Shown in pieces: positions 35,198 through 47,338 of a stretch of 52,077 bases of DNA (position 1 is the stretch's first letter; each line of letters begins with the position of its first letter). The notes below the pieces were generated by a model, which saw nothing but the letters and a program-made list of their open reading frames with translations, was not told the origin of the DNA and made no database searches. Source of the stretch: Vicugna vicugna (taxonomy: Eukaryota). The stretch covers positions 1-52,077 of the forward strand of contig PNXW01004714.1 of assembly GCA_013265495.1 (NCBI GenBank). The letters run 5' to 3'. Both the position numbers and the translations under genes were made by a program.

Positions 35198-37593
35198 TTT
35201 TTTTCCCCACTTTTTCCGTATTTTGTCATTCAGTAGAGATGCAAAGTAATAGCTCACAGGCTCTGTATAATAGCGTTCCTGAGATTGATGACATCCATCA
35301 CCTCACCAAGCAACTTCTCCAGACTAGAGCAGCCTTTCAAGAGTTTTGTTCACTCTCTTTCCTTGGCCCTTCCCCTCCTCTCCATTGGTCCAATTCCTTT
35401 AATTTTTCATTCCCCTTGAAGTTATGGTCATTCAGTTTCATGGCCAAAGCTGGTCCCTGTATCACAGTCCATGATCTATCCAGGCTCTAAGGATGCTCCG
35501 CTTCTGTTCTTGCTCATTCCTCAAGGAGCCCATTTGGCCAGAAGAGGGATGCGTTATACCACAGAACACATCCACCTTCTGGAACCTGCTCTGGAAGGCC
35601 AGATCCTCAGATGCCGCACAGTTGAAAATCTGGCCAAGTCTGGGGTTTTCTTCATACTTGGGGCTCAGAGCTCTGGGTTCAAGGAAAATGGCATAGTGGA
35701 AGGAGTCAGAGTCAGAGTCAGAGGCCCCCTTGGGGATCTTTGGAACCTTTGGTACATTTGTCACACCAGAGTATATTTCCTAGTGTTCAGACCTAGCTTC
35801 ACTGAGGGGCAGTTCAGGGAATCAGGGCCTCAGGACAAGACTCTCAGCTGCCTTATTCCCCTCCTCTTTCCCTGGTGACCCCACTACTTCTTCCCAGGTT
35901 TCTATATGCGAAGCTGCTGGGCCTGTTGGCTGAGCTCCGGAGCATTAACAACGCATATGGGTACCAAATCCAGCACATCCAGGGACTGTCCACCATGATG
36001 CCACTGCTCCAGGAGATCTGCAGCTGAGGCCCAGTTCACCTCCTTTCGCAGCCCACCTGGACACGTTGGACTGGAAAGGGGAAAATGCTGGAACCATAGG
36101 TTGGGGCCACTGGAAAGGGAGCCTCCTGGTTGCAATGAAAGATTAAAGCAGTAACTGCCTTTTCATGCGGTAATGGGGAGAGTGAGGGGTTGCCACGGGG
36201 ACAGAGTTGTTCTCTGGAAGCACAGAAGATAGGGAAAGAGGAAGCCCCAGGGCTAAGAGGTAAAGAAGCTCCTTCTGGGAATAGGTGGGCCCCACTTCTG
36301 AGGTCAAAGATTTGGCCCTTCAGCCCTTCCTTCCCAGCCTTGGGAGACTCGGGGATGGAAAAGAGGATGGGGAGCTAATCCCATGCAGATTTTTTCTGCT
36401 CTGAAGAGGAAGAGGCTAGGAGCTTTAGTCCACAGGGAAATGAAGGAAATGGGAGTGAGGGGAGGAAAACCAGCCAGACACACACCTTAATCCTTCTCCC
36501 TTAGTCCAGAGCCACAGGAGCATGGGAAGATGATTCTGGGGCTGATGGCAGAGTGGGGAGCCTCAAAAGTGCTGCCTCGGCAGCTGCCCCTGTGGCAGCT
36601 CCGGTTCTGAGGAGGGCATGGTCCTTTCCCCACTCTGGCTCCTGGGCCCTGGAGACCACCCAGCAAGGTGGGCTCTGGGGAAGGGCCTAGTCTCTGGCCC
36701 TTGAGCACCTGACTCAGAGGTTCCAGATGCTGTGGGAGCTGGCTCTGGGACAACCTCAGCCCACAGTGATGCTGAAGCCACAATGGAATCTGTTGCGCCA
36801 GTTATTAAGGAAGGCTCCAAGGGCTAGGGTGACAGGCAGGGGGGGCATCTTCCTCTCCAGCACAGCACCCACACACCAGTTACTATCCACCAAGCCTCTA
36901 AACACCATGTTGGCCTGGGGCAGAGTCAGGCAGTAACCAAAGGAGAAGGTTGTGTCTTGTAGCCTTGTGTTTGCCTCAAACTCCACTCCAACCTGAACCT
37001 GTTCATTTGCCCTGTGGTAATACCTTGCATGGGCCCCACCTGATCCCACATTGAATGTAGCCACGCAGTGTACAGCCGAGTACTTCCCAGCCAGTGTCAA
37101 GATGGCCTCTCTTCGCCTGGCCACCGGTGATAAACTAGCTCTCCTCCTAGCACCAGTCGATGAGTGAGGCTCTGCAGGAAGGGAGCGACCATGATCACCG
37201 GTTCCCCAGTCAGGTCAGGATTTCCCAGGGTCAGAGTGGCTGCGTAGTCATCTCCCCGATTCTCGCCACCAAAATGCCATGTCAGAAACTTGGCCTGCTG
37301 TGTCTCAGTGGGGCTAAGTTGCCAATCCCCTGCATAGGCTGCATGGAGGTGGTAGCTGGGCAAGCCCAGAGCACTCATGTGCACAGTGTGAGCCCCCTTT
37401 GCATAGCCGGTGCAGCCCATCGAAGCTCCCAGGGTTGGGAAGGGGTTCCTCTCAATGGGGGCTCCAGCGGGGCAGAGCACCCATGGGTGCTAGGCCCAGT
37501 GTGTTCCCCATTTCATTCCAGAGGACAGGGGAGGAGCCTTCTCAGACCATCATGCTGCCCCCTTCCCCCCAGCACACCCTGGTCATCTTGATC
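35198..37593 (-). pseudogene. TOMM40L: TOMM40L processed pseudogene (CDS remnant 37511-36756, ~1.55 kb 3'UTR)
   Basis: MGNTLGLAPMGALPRWSPH*EEPLPNPGSFDGLHRLCK...AHTVHMSALGLPSYHLHAAYAGDWQLSPTE TQQAKFLTW...GAFLNNWRNRFHCGFSITVG*; intronless; TGA at codon 20 (37454-37452); frameshifts at 37397/37396 and ~37108; short A-tail; perfect 14-bp TSD tatgttgacattct (35184-35197 / 37594-37607). Confidence 0.96.
35898..36027 (+). pseudogene. NR1I3: Copy of the last coding exon of NR1I3 (CAR), carried antisense within the TOMM40L 3'UTR
   Basis: Acceptor cttcttcccAG (35896-35897), then FLYAKLLGLLAELRSINNAYGYQIQHIQGLSTMMPLLQEICS* (human CAR C-terminus: FLYAKLLGLLAELRSINEAYGYQIQHIQGLSAMMPLLQEICS); ATTAAA at 36142-36147. 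Confidence 0.95.
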
Positions 37594-39394
37594 TATGTTG
37601 ACATTCTGACCTCTCCCATGAGTCACCAATGTTCTTAACGGCATCTAGAATGCCAAATCCTTTCCAGGCGGTTTTTAATAGACTGCCCAGATCAGTCAGA
37701 GGAATCACTGTCTATGACAGCTATAGCCCAAAACATATTTCTTACATGAGACTTGAAAGTCAAAATGAGTCCTTGATCCATGATCTGCAGAATGGGTGTT
37801 GTGTTGGCAGGCACGAAAACAACATGAATCTTGTTGTCAGTATCTGTCAGAGCTCTTGGGTGACCATGTGCATTGTCAACAAATGATAATTTGAAAGAAT
37901 TTTTTTTTTTCTCAGCGGTAGATCTCAACAGTGAACTTAAAATACCATGTTTTAAACAGATGTGCTGTCATCCAGGCTTTGTCATTCCATTTCCAGAGCA
38001 CAGACAGACAGATGTAGCACAATTCTAAAGGGCCCTAGGATTTGGGGAATGGTAAACAGGGCAGTGGCTTCAACTTAAAAAAGTCACCAGTTGCATTAGC
38101 CCCCAGCAGGAGAGTCAGCCGTCCTTGGAAGCTCTGAGGCCAAGCATTGACTTTCCCTCTCTTGCTGTGAAAGTCTTAGACAGCATCTTCTTCCAATAGA
38201 AGGTTATTTGTATACATTACAAATCTGTTGTTCAGTGTAGCCACTTTCGTTAATGATCTTGGCTAGATCTTCTGGACAGCCTGCTGCAGCTTCTACATCC
38301 ACACCTGCCGCTTCACCTTGCACTCTGATGTTATGGAGACAGCCTTTTTCCTTAAATGGCATAAACCAACCTCTGCTAGCTTCAAACTTTTCTTCTGCAG
38401 CTTCTCCTCACCTCTTTCAACCGTCACAGAGTTGAAGAGTTAGGGCCTTGCTCCGAATTAAGCTTTGGCTCAGGGAATTCTGTGGCTGGTTTTATTTTCT
38501 GTCCAGACCACTAAAACTTTCTCCATGTCAGCAATAAATGTGCTTCACGTTCTTAGCACTTGTGCGTCCCCTGGAGTAGCACTTTTAGTTTCCTTCAAGA
38601 ACTTTTCCTTTGCATTCACAACTCTAGCTAACTATCCGGTACAAGAGGCCTACCTTGTGGTCTGTCTTGGCTTTCAACATGCTTTCCTCACCGAGCTTGA
38701 TCATTTCTAACTTTTGATTTAAAGTGAGAGACATGACTCTTCTTATATCTTCAACACGTGGAGGCTACCATATGGTTACTGACTGGCCTAATTTCAATAT
38801 TGTTATATCTCAGGGAAAAGGGAGGACTGAGAAGAGGGAGAGAGAGCAGTGAAAACACACACAATATTAGTGGATTAAACTTACCATCTTAAATGGGCAT
38901 GGTTTGTGACGTCCCAGAACAATTACAATAGTAACATTAAAGACCACTGATCACAGATCACAGTAAAATTATAATAATAAGTAAAAAATTTGAAATATCA
39001 CAAAAATTACCTAAATGTGACACAGAAACCCAAAGTGAGCAAATGCTGTTGGATAAATGGCGCTCATAGACTTGCTCCATGCAGGGTTGCCCCAAACCTT
39101 TTATTTGTTTAAAAAAAATTGCAATATCTGCAAAGTGCAGAAAACTGAGGTATGCTGGTACTTTCTTTTCCTCAATATGTTTCTGAGAATTATGTATTTG
39201 TTTGTACGTACTAGTAACTTAAAAACCTTGCCAAGTAGTATTCTTTTCGTGAGTATAGTACAATTTATTTATTTTCCTATTCTTGGTAATATTCTCAGCA
39301 CACTCCAAAATGAAGGGAACGTCTTTTATCTGATAAAGCATACTTATAGAAAAGCTAGAACTAACATATGCTTCCTCACCTGGCCTTTAGGTTA

Positions 39395-41572
39395 TGTCTT
39401 GGTTTAGGCTGCTATCAAAATACCATGAACTGAGTACCTTCAACAACTCAGTTCTGAAGGCTTGGAATTCCCACAGTCTGGGTATTGTCCGGTTCAGTTC
39501 CTGGTGGGCAGATCGTCATCCTCTTGCTGTGTCCACACATGGTGGAGACAGAGAGAGCTAGCTCCCTGGTTTCGTCTTACAAGGGCACTAACCCCATCAT
39601 GAGGACCCCACCCTCATGGCCTCATCTACACTGGATTACCCACCAAAGTCCTTGCCTCCTAACATCCTAACATTGGGGGTAGGGCTTCAACATATGAATT
39701 TGGGAGAGATATAAACATTCAATCTGTAACATTTTGCTCCTGGTCTTCCCAAATGCATGTCTTTCTTGAATGCAAAATACATTTCTTTCATCAAAAGTCT
39801 TAACTCATTCCAGCATCAATTCCAAAATCTAAAGTCCAAAGTTCCAACTAAGTATCATTAAAACCAGACACGGGTGTGACCTGGGGTACAGTTCATCCCG
39901 AGGCAAAATTCTTCTCCAGCAAAATCAGGTCAGTTATCTATTTCCAGATCACAAAGGTGAGACAGGCATAGGGCAGGCACTCTCATTCCAAGAGGGAAAC
40001 ATCGGGAAGAGAAAGGGAGCGATGTATTCCAGGCCAAGTCCTAAACTTAGCAAGGCAGATTCCATGAGCTCTCACGGCTCGGTGATAACCCTCTTTGGTC
40101 TGATGCTCGGCCCTCCGGGCTCACAGGGGTGACAGCATCACCTCCACAGCTTGGCAAGGCGGTCCTGTCCCTTCAGCTCTGTGGGCTGCTGGACACACGG
40201 CTCTCTGGGATGGCTCTGCCCCTGACGTACTGACCCTCCAAACCCGAGAGGTAGCCCCACTCTCTTAAACCAAGGAGGAACTACCCGCCAATCCCCCAGC
40301 AGGGGCAGGAGTGGCAGCTCTGTCTCCGAATCACGTCGGGTGTCATTCTTCCCTTTTCTTGAGAAAGCGCACACGTTTGCAGGCTTTATTCCTCCTGTCC
40401 TGTTGTCCCTGTTGCTTTTCGTCCCAGCTTGCAGTATTTCTGTGGGTATAATTCCATCTCTATTCCTGGCTTCCACTGAAATGGCTGATTAGGTCATTGG
40501 TTTACACCCACACTAATCTCATTGGTTAGCCACACACTTAGAGTTCTCTTCCAAACTGGATTTCTCATTTTTGTTTTGTTTTGAATATGGATAGGCTGAG
40601 AATTTTCCAAATTTACATCCTGGTTCCTTTTTGTTTAATCATCCCTTCTTCAATTCATTTCCCTCTTCTCGCGTTTTACTGAAGCACTCAGGAGGGGACA
40701 AGCCCCTCCTTCAACACTTCGTTTAGAAATCGCCTCAGCTTAATATTCGATTTCATTGCTCACAAGTTCTACCTTCTGCAAAACACGAGAACGCAAACAC
40801 AGTTCAGCCAAGTTGTTTTTTTCCCACTTTATAATAAGGATTATCTTTTCCCCATTGTTCAGTAACATGTTCCTCATTTCCGTTTGAGACCTCATCACAG
40901 TGACCTTCGGGGTCTGTATTTTTATCAACATTCTGTACGTGATTGCTAATGTATTCTCTAAGATGGAAACTCTCTCTACAGCTCTCCTCTTTTTTTTCTT
41001 CCTGAGATCTCGCCAGGATCACCTTTAAAATCCCTTCTAGAAAATACTGCATTTTTTTTAGCATGCACCTTAACGCCCTTCCAGTTTCTACCCATTACCT
41101 ACTTCCACAGTTGCTTCCACATTGCAGGGAATTTGCTACAGGAGCACCCCACTTCTCAATCCAAGTATTGTCTTAATCTGCTCGGGCTGCTAAAGCAAAA
41201 TACCATAGACTGGGTGGCGCGGAAAGCACAAATGTTTATTTCTCACAGTGCGGAGTCTGGGAAGCCCAAGATGAAGGTGGCAGTGTATTTGGCTTCTGAT
41301 GAGAGCTTGCTTCCTGGCTTGTAAAACAGCTACCTTCTCTGTGCTCACATAGGTTTTCCTTAGTGTGTGTGGATGGGTGTGTGTAGGGGGGAGAAAGGCT
41401 GAGAGAGGGAAATCCATTCCTCTTCTTCAGAGCGCACTAATGCCATCAAGATGGTCCCACTCACATGGCGTCATCTAAACCTATGACCTCCGAAAGGCCT
41501 CACTTCCAAACACCCTCACATTGGGAAGCAGAGGTTTAATTTTGAGGGGATACAAACATTGAGTTCCTATCA
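39395..41572 (-). mobile_element. MaLR element: MLT1A-like LTR (39395-39731), internal region, second LTR (41169-41572)
   Basis: Two related TG...CA LTRs (ggctgcta..aaaataccat; gcactaa..ccatca; aaacatt) around ~1.4 kb of MaLR-int-like sequence; TSD decayed. Confidence 0.85.
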
Positions 41573-41704
41573 GTTTCCGTACGCCGGTTCCTTATGCCCT
41601 TGCCCTGTGCACCACAGATCGTGTCATTTGCAGGAGGCTGTTATCAGTCATCTTTTGCTACAATGAGGTTGTGACACACAGAACCTTAAAATTTTAGAGG
41701 CTTA

Positions 41705-42129
41705 TGTGGACTGAAACTGCATAACGTGAGAGCTGTGAGTAAAATTTCATTTGGGGCCAAATGAGGGCTATGGCCTGAGATAGTTTGGAGAAACTGCTCC
41801 GAATAGGTAGAGAGGGAGGTGAGTATACATGTGATCTTGGTGAAGGGGGAATACGTGCAATCAAGCATGCATTTTGGCAGAGAGTTGCTGCTCGTCTCCA
41901 GGAGCAGATGTCTCTGTTAATTATTTTAGTGCTTTTCTAGAAATGAGAAAGTGCAAGAAATTAGGCTCACAGAATCTCCTAAAAATATCTCACTACCTGG
42001 AGGCCTGTTCTGCCAGCTTTCCCAGGGTGCACTGCACTCCTTTCAGGGTGTGCTGAAGGTCCGAGACGGCAGAGGCTCGTGACTTCACCCTTGCAGAAGC
42101 AGACGGCGAGCAACAATTTTTAGCTGGCA
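41705..42129 (-). mobile_element. ERV1-class solo LTR (MER41-like) inserted in an old MLT1
   Basis: TG...CA termini with perfect 4-bp TSD ctta (41701-41704 / 42130-42133); family from recall. Confidence 0.8.
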
Positions 42130-42683
42130 CTTACAACAATTTGTGTATTTCTTGAGCTGTATGTTACTGGCTGTGGTCACGTGTTGTGGCTGTGTCCCAT
42201 GTCTTCTCATTCTAGGACCCAGACTGCAGGGCACGCCCATAATCAGAATATAATGTTCTTAAGGCAGAAAAAACAGCCTGGCAATCCCTCGAAAGGGCTT
42301 TGTTTAGAACTTGCGCAGTGAGACGTCTGTTCGTATTCTGTCCAAAGCTGGGCATCTGGGAAGGTCCGGCGTTAATGGGCTGGGGAAGTAACCTCCTCCC
42401 AAGGTGGGGTGTGGGGTGGGGGCTGGGGGCTGGGGAAGGAAATGTACACTGCGCGCTGCACAGTGACACGCTGCCGCTGGGGTGGAACTCACGAGCAGAA
42501 GCACCAGCCATCCAAGCCCCTGGCTGCACAGGGAGTTGTCTGCGAAGGCCAGTTTCTAGCACTCCACTACCCAAACGGAGGTTAGAGTCGGCGGAGGAGG
42601 AAGTGATGCCCGCAGCCCCGTGGGAAGCCTTCATCCCAGCCAGCTCATTGCCAGGAAACACGAGGCTCCATAGTGGCTCTCTC

Positions 42684-42926
42684 TTTTTTTTTTAAATTTA
42701 AAAGTTTATTTGATCACGTATCAATCTGAATCAGGCAGCATCCAATCTAGCAGATAAAAAGGAACTCCAAGGAGCTATATAAAATAGAAAATTTTATAGG
42801 CAGAAGGGAGAAGGCACAAGGACATACTAGGCAAAAAGCAGCTTGGTGATTGCAAAGTTACCTCCCTTGAGGGCATGGCAGGGGTCTTTCAAGCAGATTA
42901 CCTAATGAGTGCTGATCAGGAGATGC
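42684..42926 (-). mobile_element. MER34-like LTR U3-R fragment ending in an A-run
   Basis: Minus strand: ctgcctataaaa (TATA), gctagattggatgctgcctgattca, AATAAA (42710-42705), A10 (42693-42684). Confidence 0.65.
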
Positions 42927-43669
42927 CTTTTTTTTAAAACCATTTTAAAATTCACTTGTATGTACTGTTCATTGTTTCTAAGAACAGTGGCCCTCTTCAG
43001 CAGGACCCGCACCTGCTCCCTTCCTCAGACCAACCTCCAGCTGGGAGATTCTCACTCTCATCCCATCATCACTTGGCTGGCAGCTGACTCTGGAGCTCTC
43101 TCTCCACTGCCCTGTCCTTAGCTCTCAGCTGGCCCTTCTCTTCAGGCCCATCCAGTCCCAGGGTTTCCCCCACTCTTGGGGACACAGGACAGGCTCTCTG
43201 AGTGGCTCATCTAATGCTCCATCTCTGAGGTTAAAGGGAGAGAAAGACACTGTATCCTTTCACAGACAGGGGTGGGACATGCCACACACTCCAGCCACTC
43301 CTTGCAAAGAAAATTCTCCCTTCCGACCTCCCCAACATCACCTTATCCTAGAAGCTGGACGTGGGCAACCAGCTAATATCATCACCTTGCTTTAAAATAT
43401 GAGGCTACTTGGCACTTATCTTATTGGTATTTGGGTCAAAACTGAGTCACAGAGATCCTCATTTGAATAAACTCCTACGTACATTAGGCTTTGATAAACC
43501 TGGCTGGTGGTATCAGTCTATTATTTCCTGTAACTTTTTTTGTTTTTAACATTTCCTAATGTAATGTTTTTTGGTGACCAATATTTCAAATAGTTTATTT
43601 TATATAGAATTTATCCAAGTATTTAACTATTATCCATTAATTAATCCAATGTAATTTTTTTTTTTAATG

Positions 43670-43990
43670 AAGGGTATCTGGGTGGTCAAACAAGGCTTCT
43701 CTAAGGAGGCAGAGAATTGAATGAGAGAAAGGCGAGGTGGGAAGTTTGTCACAGGCCAAGGGGACAGCAAGTGCAAAGGCCCTGAGGTAGCTGTAACTCC
43801 AGCATGTTCTGGGGACAGAAAGACCTGTGGGGCTGGAGTGCAGTGAAAGGCAGAGCAATAGGAGGTGAGAGCAGACAGAGAGGCCATGCTGGGAGTCTAC
43901 ATTTGAAGGGTTTTGCATGGGAACATATGACATAGTTCACACTTTTAAAAGACCCCTCTGGCTACTGAGAGGAGACAGCCGATATGGGAG
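43670..43990 (-). mobile_element. L2 fragment
   Basis: gggacagcaagtgcaaaggccctgagg...cagcatgttctgggg...tggggctggagtgcagtga. Confidence 0.75.
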
Positions 43991-44039
43991 TAAGAGTAGG
44001 CTCAGGGGGGCATTTGCAGTGCTCTGATGGAGAAAGAGG

Positions 44040-44415
44040 GGGCAGCACAGGCTGCCTGGGCCTTCCCTTCCTCGCTTCACAAGGAGATTGCATTTCCCAG
44101 CCTCCTCTGCCGTTAAGCCTGCCATTGACTTTTTTTTGCCAGTGAAATATACATAGCAGTGGTGTGTTTTGTTTCAGGGCAAGGCAGGTAGGGAGCCGTG
44201 TGCTGTCTCCTTCTCCTTGCTTGTCTGCTGTAAGCCGCAAAGACTCAGGGGATGGTGGGGCCACAGGATGGAGGTCGTGTGGATCCCTGAAGCCTCCATG
44301 GGGGAAAGCCTCTTGCCAATCAGGATCGTCTGTGTCAAACTCTAATATGAGGAGGAAATAAGCTTTCATTGTATAAAGCGAAATCAACAGGTGTGTTTGT
44401 TGCAGCAGCTAATAT
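44040..44415 (+). mobile_element. Old MLT1 LTR
   Basis: 3' motif aatatgaggaggaaataagctttcattgt...tgtttgttgcagcagc. Confidence 0.55.
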
Positions 44416-44544
44416 TCACATACCTAGCAAGGACGGTGCCATGAGGTCATGAGAAGTGATCCGTTTTAGAACATACAGCACTGTGAAAGCAGATACTATC
44501 CAAAGAGCATCCAGAGGCCAGACCAGGCAATGCGAGCATCTTGG

Positions 44545-44690
44545 CTCTAATCCTCACAGGACTCCAGAAAGGGAGGTATTACTGCCCTAATTTTACCACT
44601 GATGAAACGCGGCTCAGCAAAGTTAAATAATTCACGTGGGGTCACACAGTGGCAGGCCCAGGATCAGAATTCCAGGACTGTCTGTCTCTC
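44545..44690 (-). mobile_element. MIR SINE
   Basis: taatcctcaca...gaggtattactgccctaatttta..gatgaaacgcggctcag..agttaaataa. Confidence 0.65.
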
Positions 44691-45719
44691 ATTTTGCTCC
44701 ACCGCCCAGTGCGTTATCATAAGGGTTGGGTATAGGGTGAGAACAAAATACGGGGACTAGAGGTCTCCAGACATGCCTGTTCTTATTATTATTGAAGAGA
44801 AGACAAGGCAGCTGGGGAAGTGAAACTTCTTGTCTGCACCAGCCTGGGCGATGCTCATGCATCTCTGCTGGGCCGCTGCTGGTGTGCAAGGCTGGGTTCA
44901 TGCGTCTACCTCGTGCTGCAGAGTATGAGCTCTTCAGGTCAGGACCTGGGGCTTGTGCATCGCCACACCCTCAGACATGGGCCCAGCCCACAGGAAGCAC
45001 TCAACATGTGTCCTTGGAATGGTAATAACGGGTAAGGGATAAAGGTTTGTTCATCCGCAACAGCCCAGTGACGATGGAGACCAGCGAAGAGATCACACAG
45101 CCACCGGAAGGGTGACGCTGGTTACAGAACACCGAGCCTCCGTGACGTCTCAGTGTGCTCTGGACCTGCGGGACTGTGTCCCTGAAACAGTGGGCAGGAG
45201 AACTCATGCTAACGACATTTTTCTTTCTTTCATGGAAATCCTTGCAAGTTTCTGGAATCCTGCAAGTTCCCTTAATTACACTGGTTTCTCTGTGAGGTAC
45301 TGAATGCTGGTCCCCTTTCTTCTGTCTGTGGTCTCTCATCTTGCAGGGGCCCTCCTTGCAGGAGAGAGGCATGAGTGCATTTGCCCGGGCCACACAGATG
45401 GATAGGCGTGCCAGGCCCTCAAGGTGCCCCTGAGATTTCCAGCCTCCTCTCTGCATTTATAGCGCATGGTCCCTGGAGCGAGAGCCTTGCCTCTGAGACT
45501 TGAGCTCTGCTGGGGCAGAAAACAGAAGAGAAGGGTCTGCAAGAGACATAGAGACAGAGGAAGCCGCAAAAGTGCCAGAGTGGAACTGAGGCCACTCAGA
45601 CTAAAAGACAGTCACCCGACCAGACAACGGAGAGCTTGATTCAACCGCTGGAGCTGAGGCTCCTGAGTTCTGTGACCGTGGGCAGCATGATAAGACCCCT
45701 CTGCTGAACTGTACTGTGT

Positions 45720-46120
45720 GTTGACAACCATTCATGCCTCCTCCACCAAGGCTGTGGTTCCCTGCCGGCGGAGTATGTAATTCCCCACTCCAATGATTTC
45801 ACGGTTGGGCAGGAGATTTGTTAATTAAATGAGACTGTGGATGTGATGGAGGCCATGTCTGAGCAGAAGTTGTAAATATACTCTGGGGATTTAGCTCTGC
45901 CCGTTTCATTCTCACCCTTCCACCCTGAGAACAGCCTGTCCCAGAGAGTGGCTGCCCCTTTAATGTGTATGGGGAGCCCAGCTCGGTCCAACCCAGCAGA
46001 GGCCAGCTGAGCTACTCCAAACCCACAGCCCTTCATGTGAAGTCAGGAAGAGAAAAGTGGTTGATGGTTCTAAGGCCCTGACAGCCTGGGGCTGTTTGTT
46101 ACCACCATGGAAACTAACCA
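45720..46120 (+). mobile_element. MLT1 (I/J-like) LTR
   Basis: tctaaggccctgacagcctggggctgtttgttaccac 3' motif. Confidence 0.55.
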
Positions 46121-47311
46121 ACACAACCCACCATGTCCATGACGAGGGCTTTCCCACACAGTACCTTCTCAGCTAGTTCCATGTTTAGGGGGAAGGGCTA
46201 GTCCATGTTTCCTTTTCCTCATGATCAAGTGAAGAGACTGAGTCTGAGAGTGAGTAGAGGGTGAATGTAGCAGAAAAACAATGTGCTTCCCATCCCACCC
46301 ACTTCTTAACCACACCGCGCCTGTCCCAGCCTCTGGATAACATACACCTGGGCCCCCTAGACCTGGGGTGTGTCAGAATCCCCTGGGGCTCCAGTTGACC
46401 AGCTAGATTCCCACCCCCCAGTCCTGACGCCACGTGCCCCTTCACCACAGGGTGGGTCAGTCCCAGACATCCATGTTCTTGAGAGATGATGAAAAGCTCC
46501 AGGGAGGGTCCTGGTCTGTCAATCAGAAGCAGCCACGTGCGGCCTCACCTCTGCTCCTCATTAGCTGTGACCAGAAGGCAAGTCACTTAACCTTTTATCA
46601 AAAATTGCAAGAAGAATATTTGAACTCTCTTCTCTTTAGAGCTCTTGGAAGAACCAAATGAAGTAGTTAAAAGGTGTGAATGTGCATCGCCTGTGGCAAA
46701 GTGATGGGAAAAAGTGGTGCGACTGTGTGCACCTTGTGCCTTTCAAGGGGATCGGCTCTTCCTTTAAGGGCCGTGCCCCAGGGAGACTCACTTCTCTGCT
46801 GTTTGCAGCAGGGGTGGCAGCAGCAGCATCTCCAAACAGCCTCCAGCGCCACCCCCGCAGGCCAGGCGGTGAAAACGGGGGACGGGCACCCTGCCAAGGG
46901 GAATTATTTGGATACTTGGAAAAGACTGGCAAAAAGCCAACCTGAATAACAGGTCTGAAGGTGCCAGACCAGCTCAGCAGGTTACAAAACTGTTAACTGG
47001 GAAGGCTCAGCTGGGTTCATTTCTGTTCGCTCAGTAATCATTTCAGCATCTTCTTTGGATGCCGAGAAGCCCTCGGTGCAGGAGCAGTGGGAACACACCT
47101 TGAGGAAGAGCAGTTCTCCTCTGCCTGCACTGGGACTGGGAGCCAACTCCAGCATCATGTGGTCCCCATCCCTAATTTTCCAGGTAGGGGAGTCGAGGCT
47201 CCGACGGGGTAAAGGGTCTGCCAAGATCACACAGCTGACCAAACCTTTCCATGGCTGGCCAAGAGTCCCCTCCACTCCATTCTACTTGAGAATCACACTT
47301 GGAGAAGGTTC

Positions 47312-47338
47312 GTGTGTGTGTGTGTGTGTGTGTGTGTA
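47312..47338. repeat. (GT)n microsatellite
   Basis: Direct reading. Confidence 0.95.

Larger units (their letters stand above)
34184..39158 (-). mobile_element. Full-length decayed Tigger1 (TcMar-pogo) DNA transposon with two nested insertions
   Basis: TA-flanked TIRs (taggtatacctc / gaggtatgctgg); transposase peptides VDNAHGHP...[18 protein letters not shown] (DDE domain), MDDFEGLKTSVKEVTADVVEMARQLELE, VEMTTKDLDYDINLVDK; ~2.34 kb after removing the inserts. Confidence 0.93.

Noticed and set aside
36756..37124. 122-aa TOMM40L C-terminal ORF as a functional retrogene
   Set aside because: Non-ATG start in the track, upstream stop and two frameshifts, and it encodes only part of the beta-barrel
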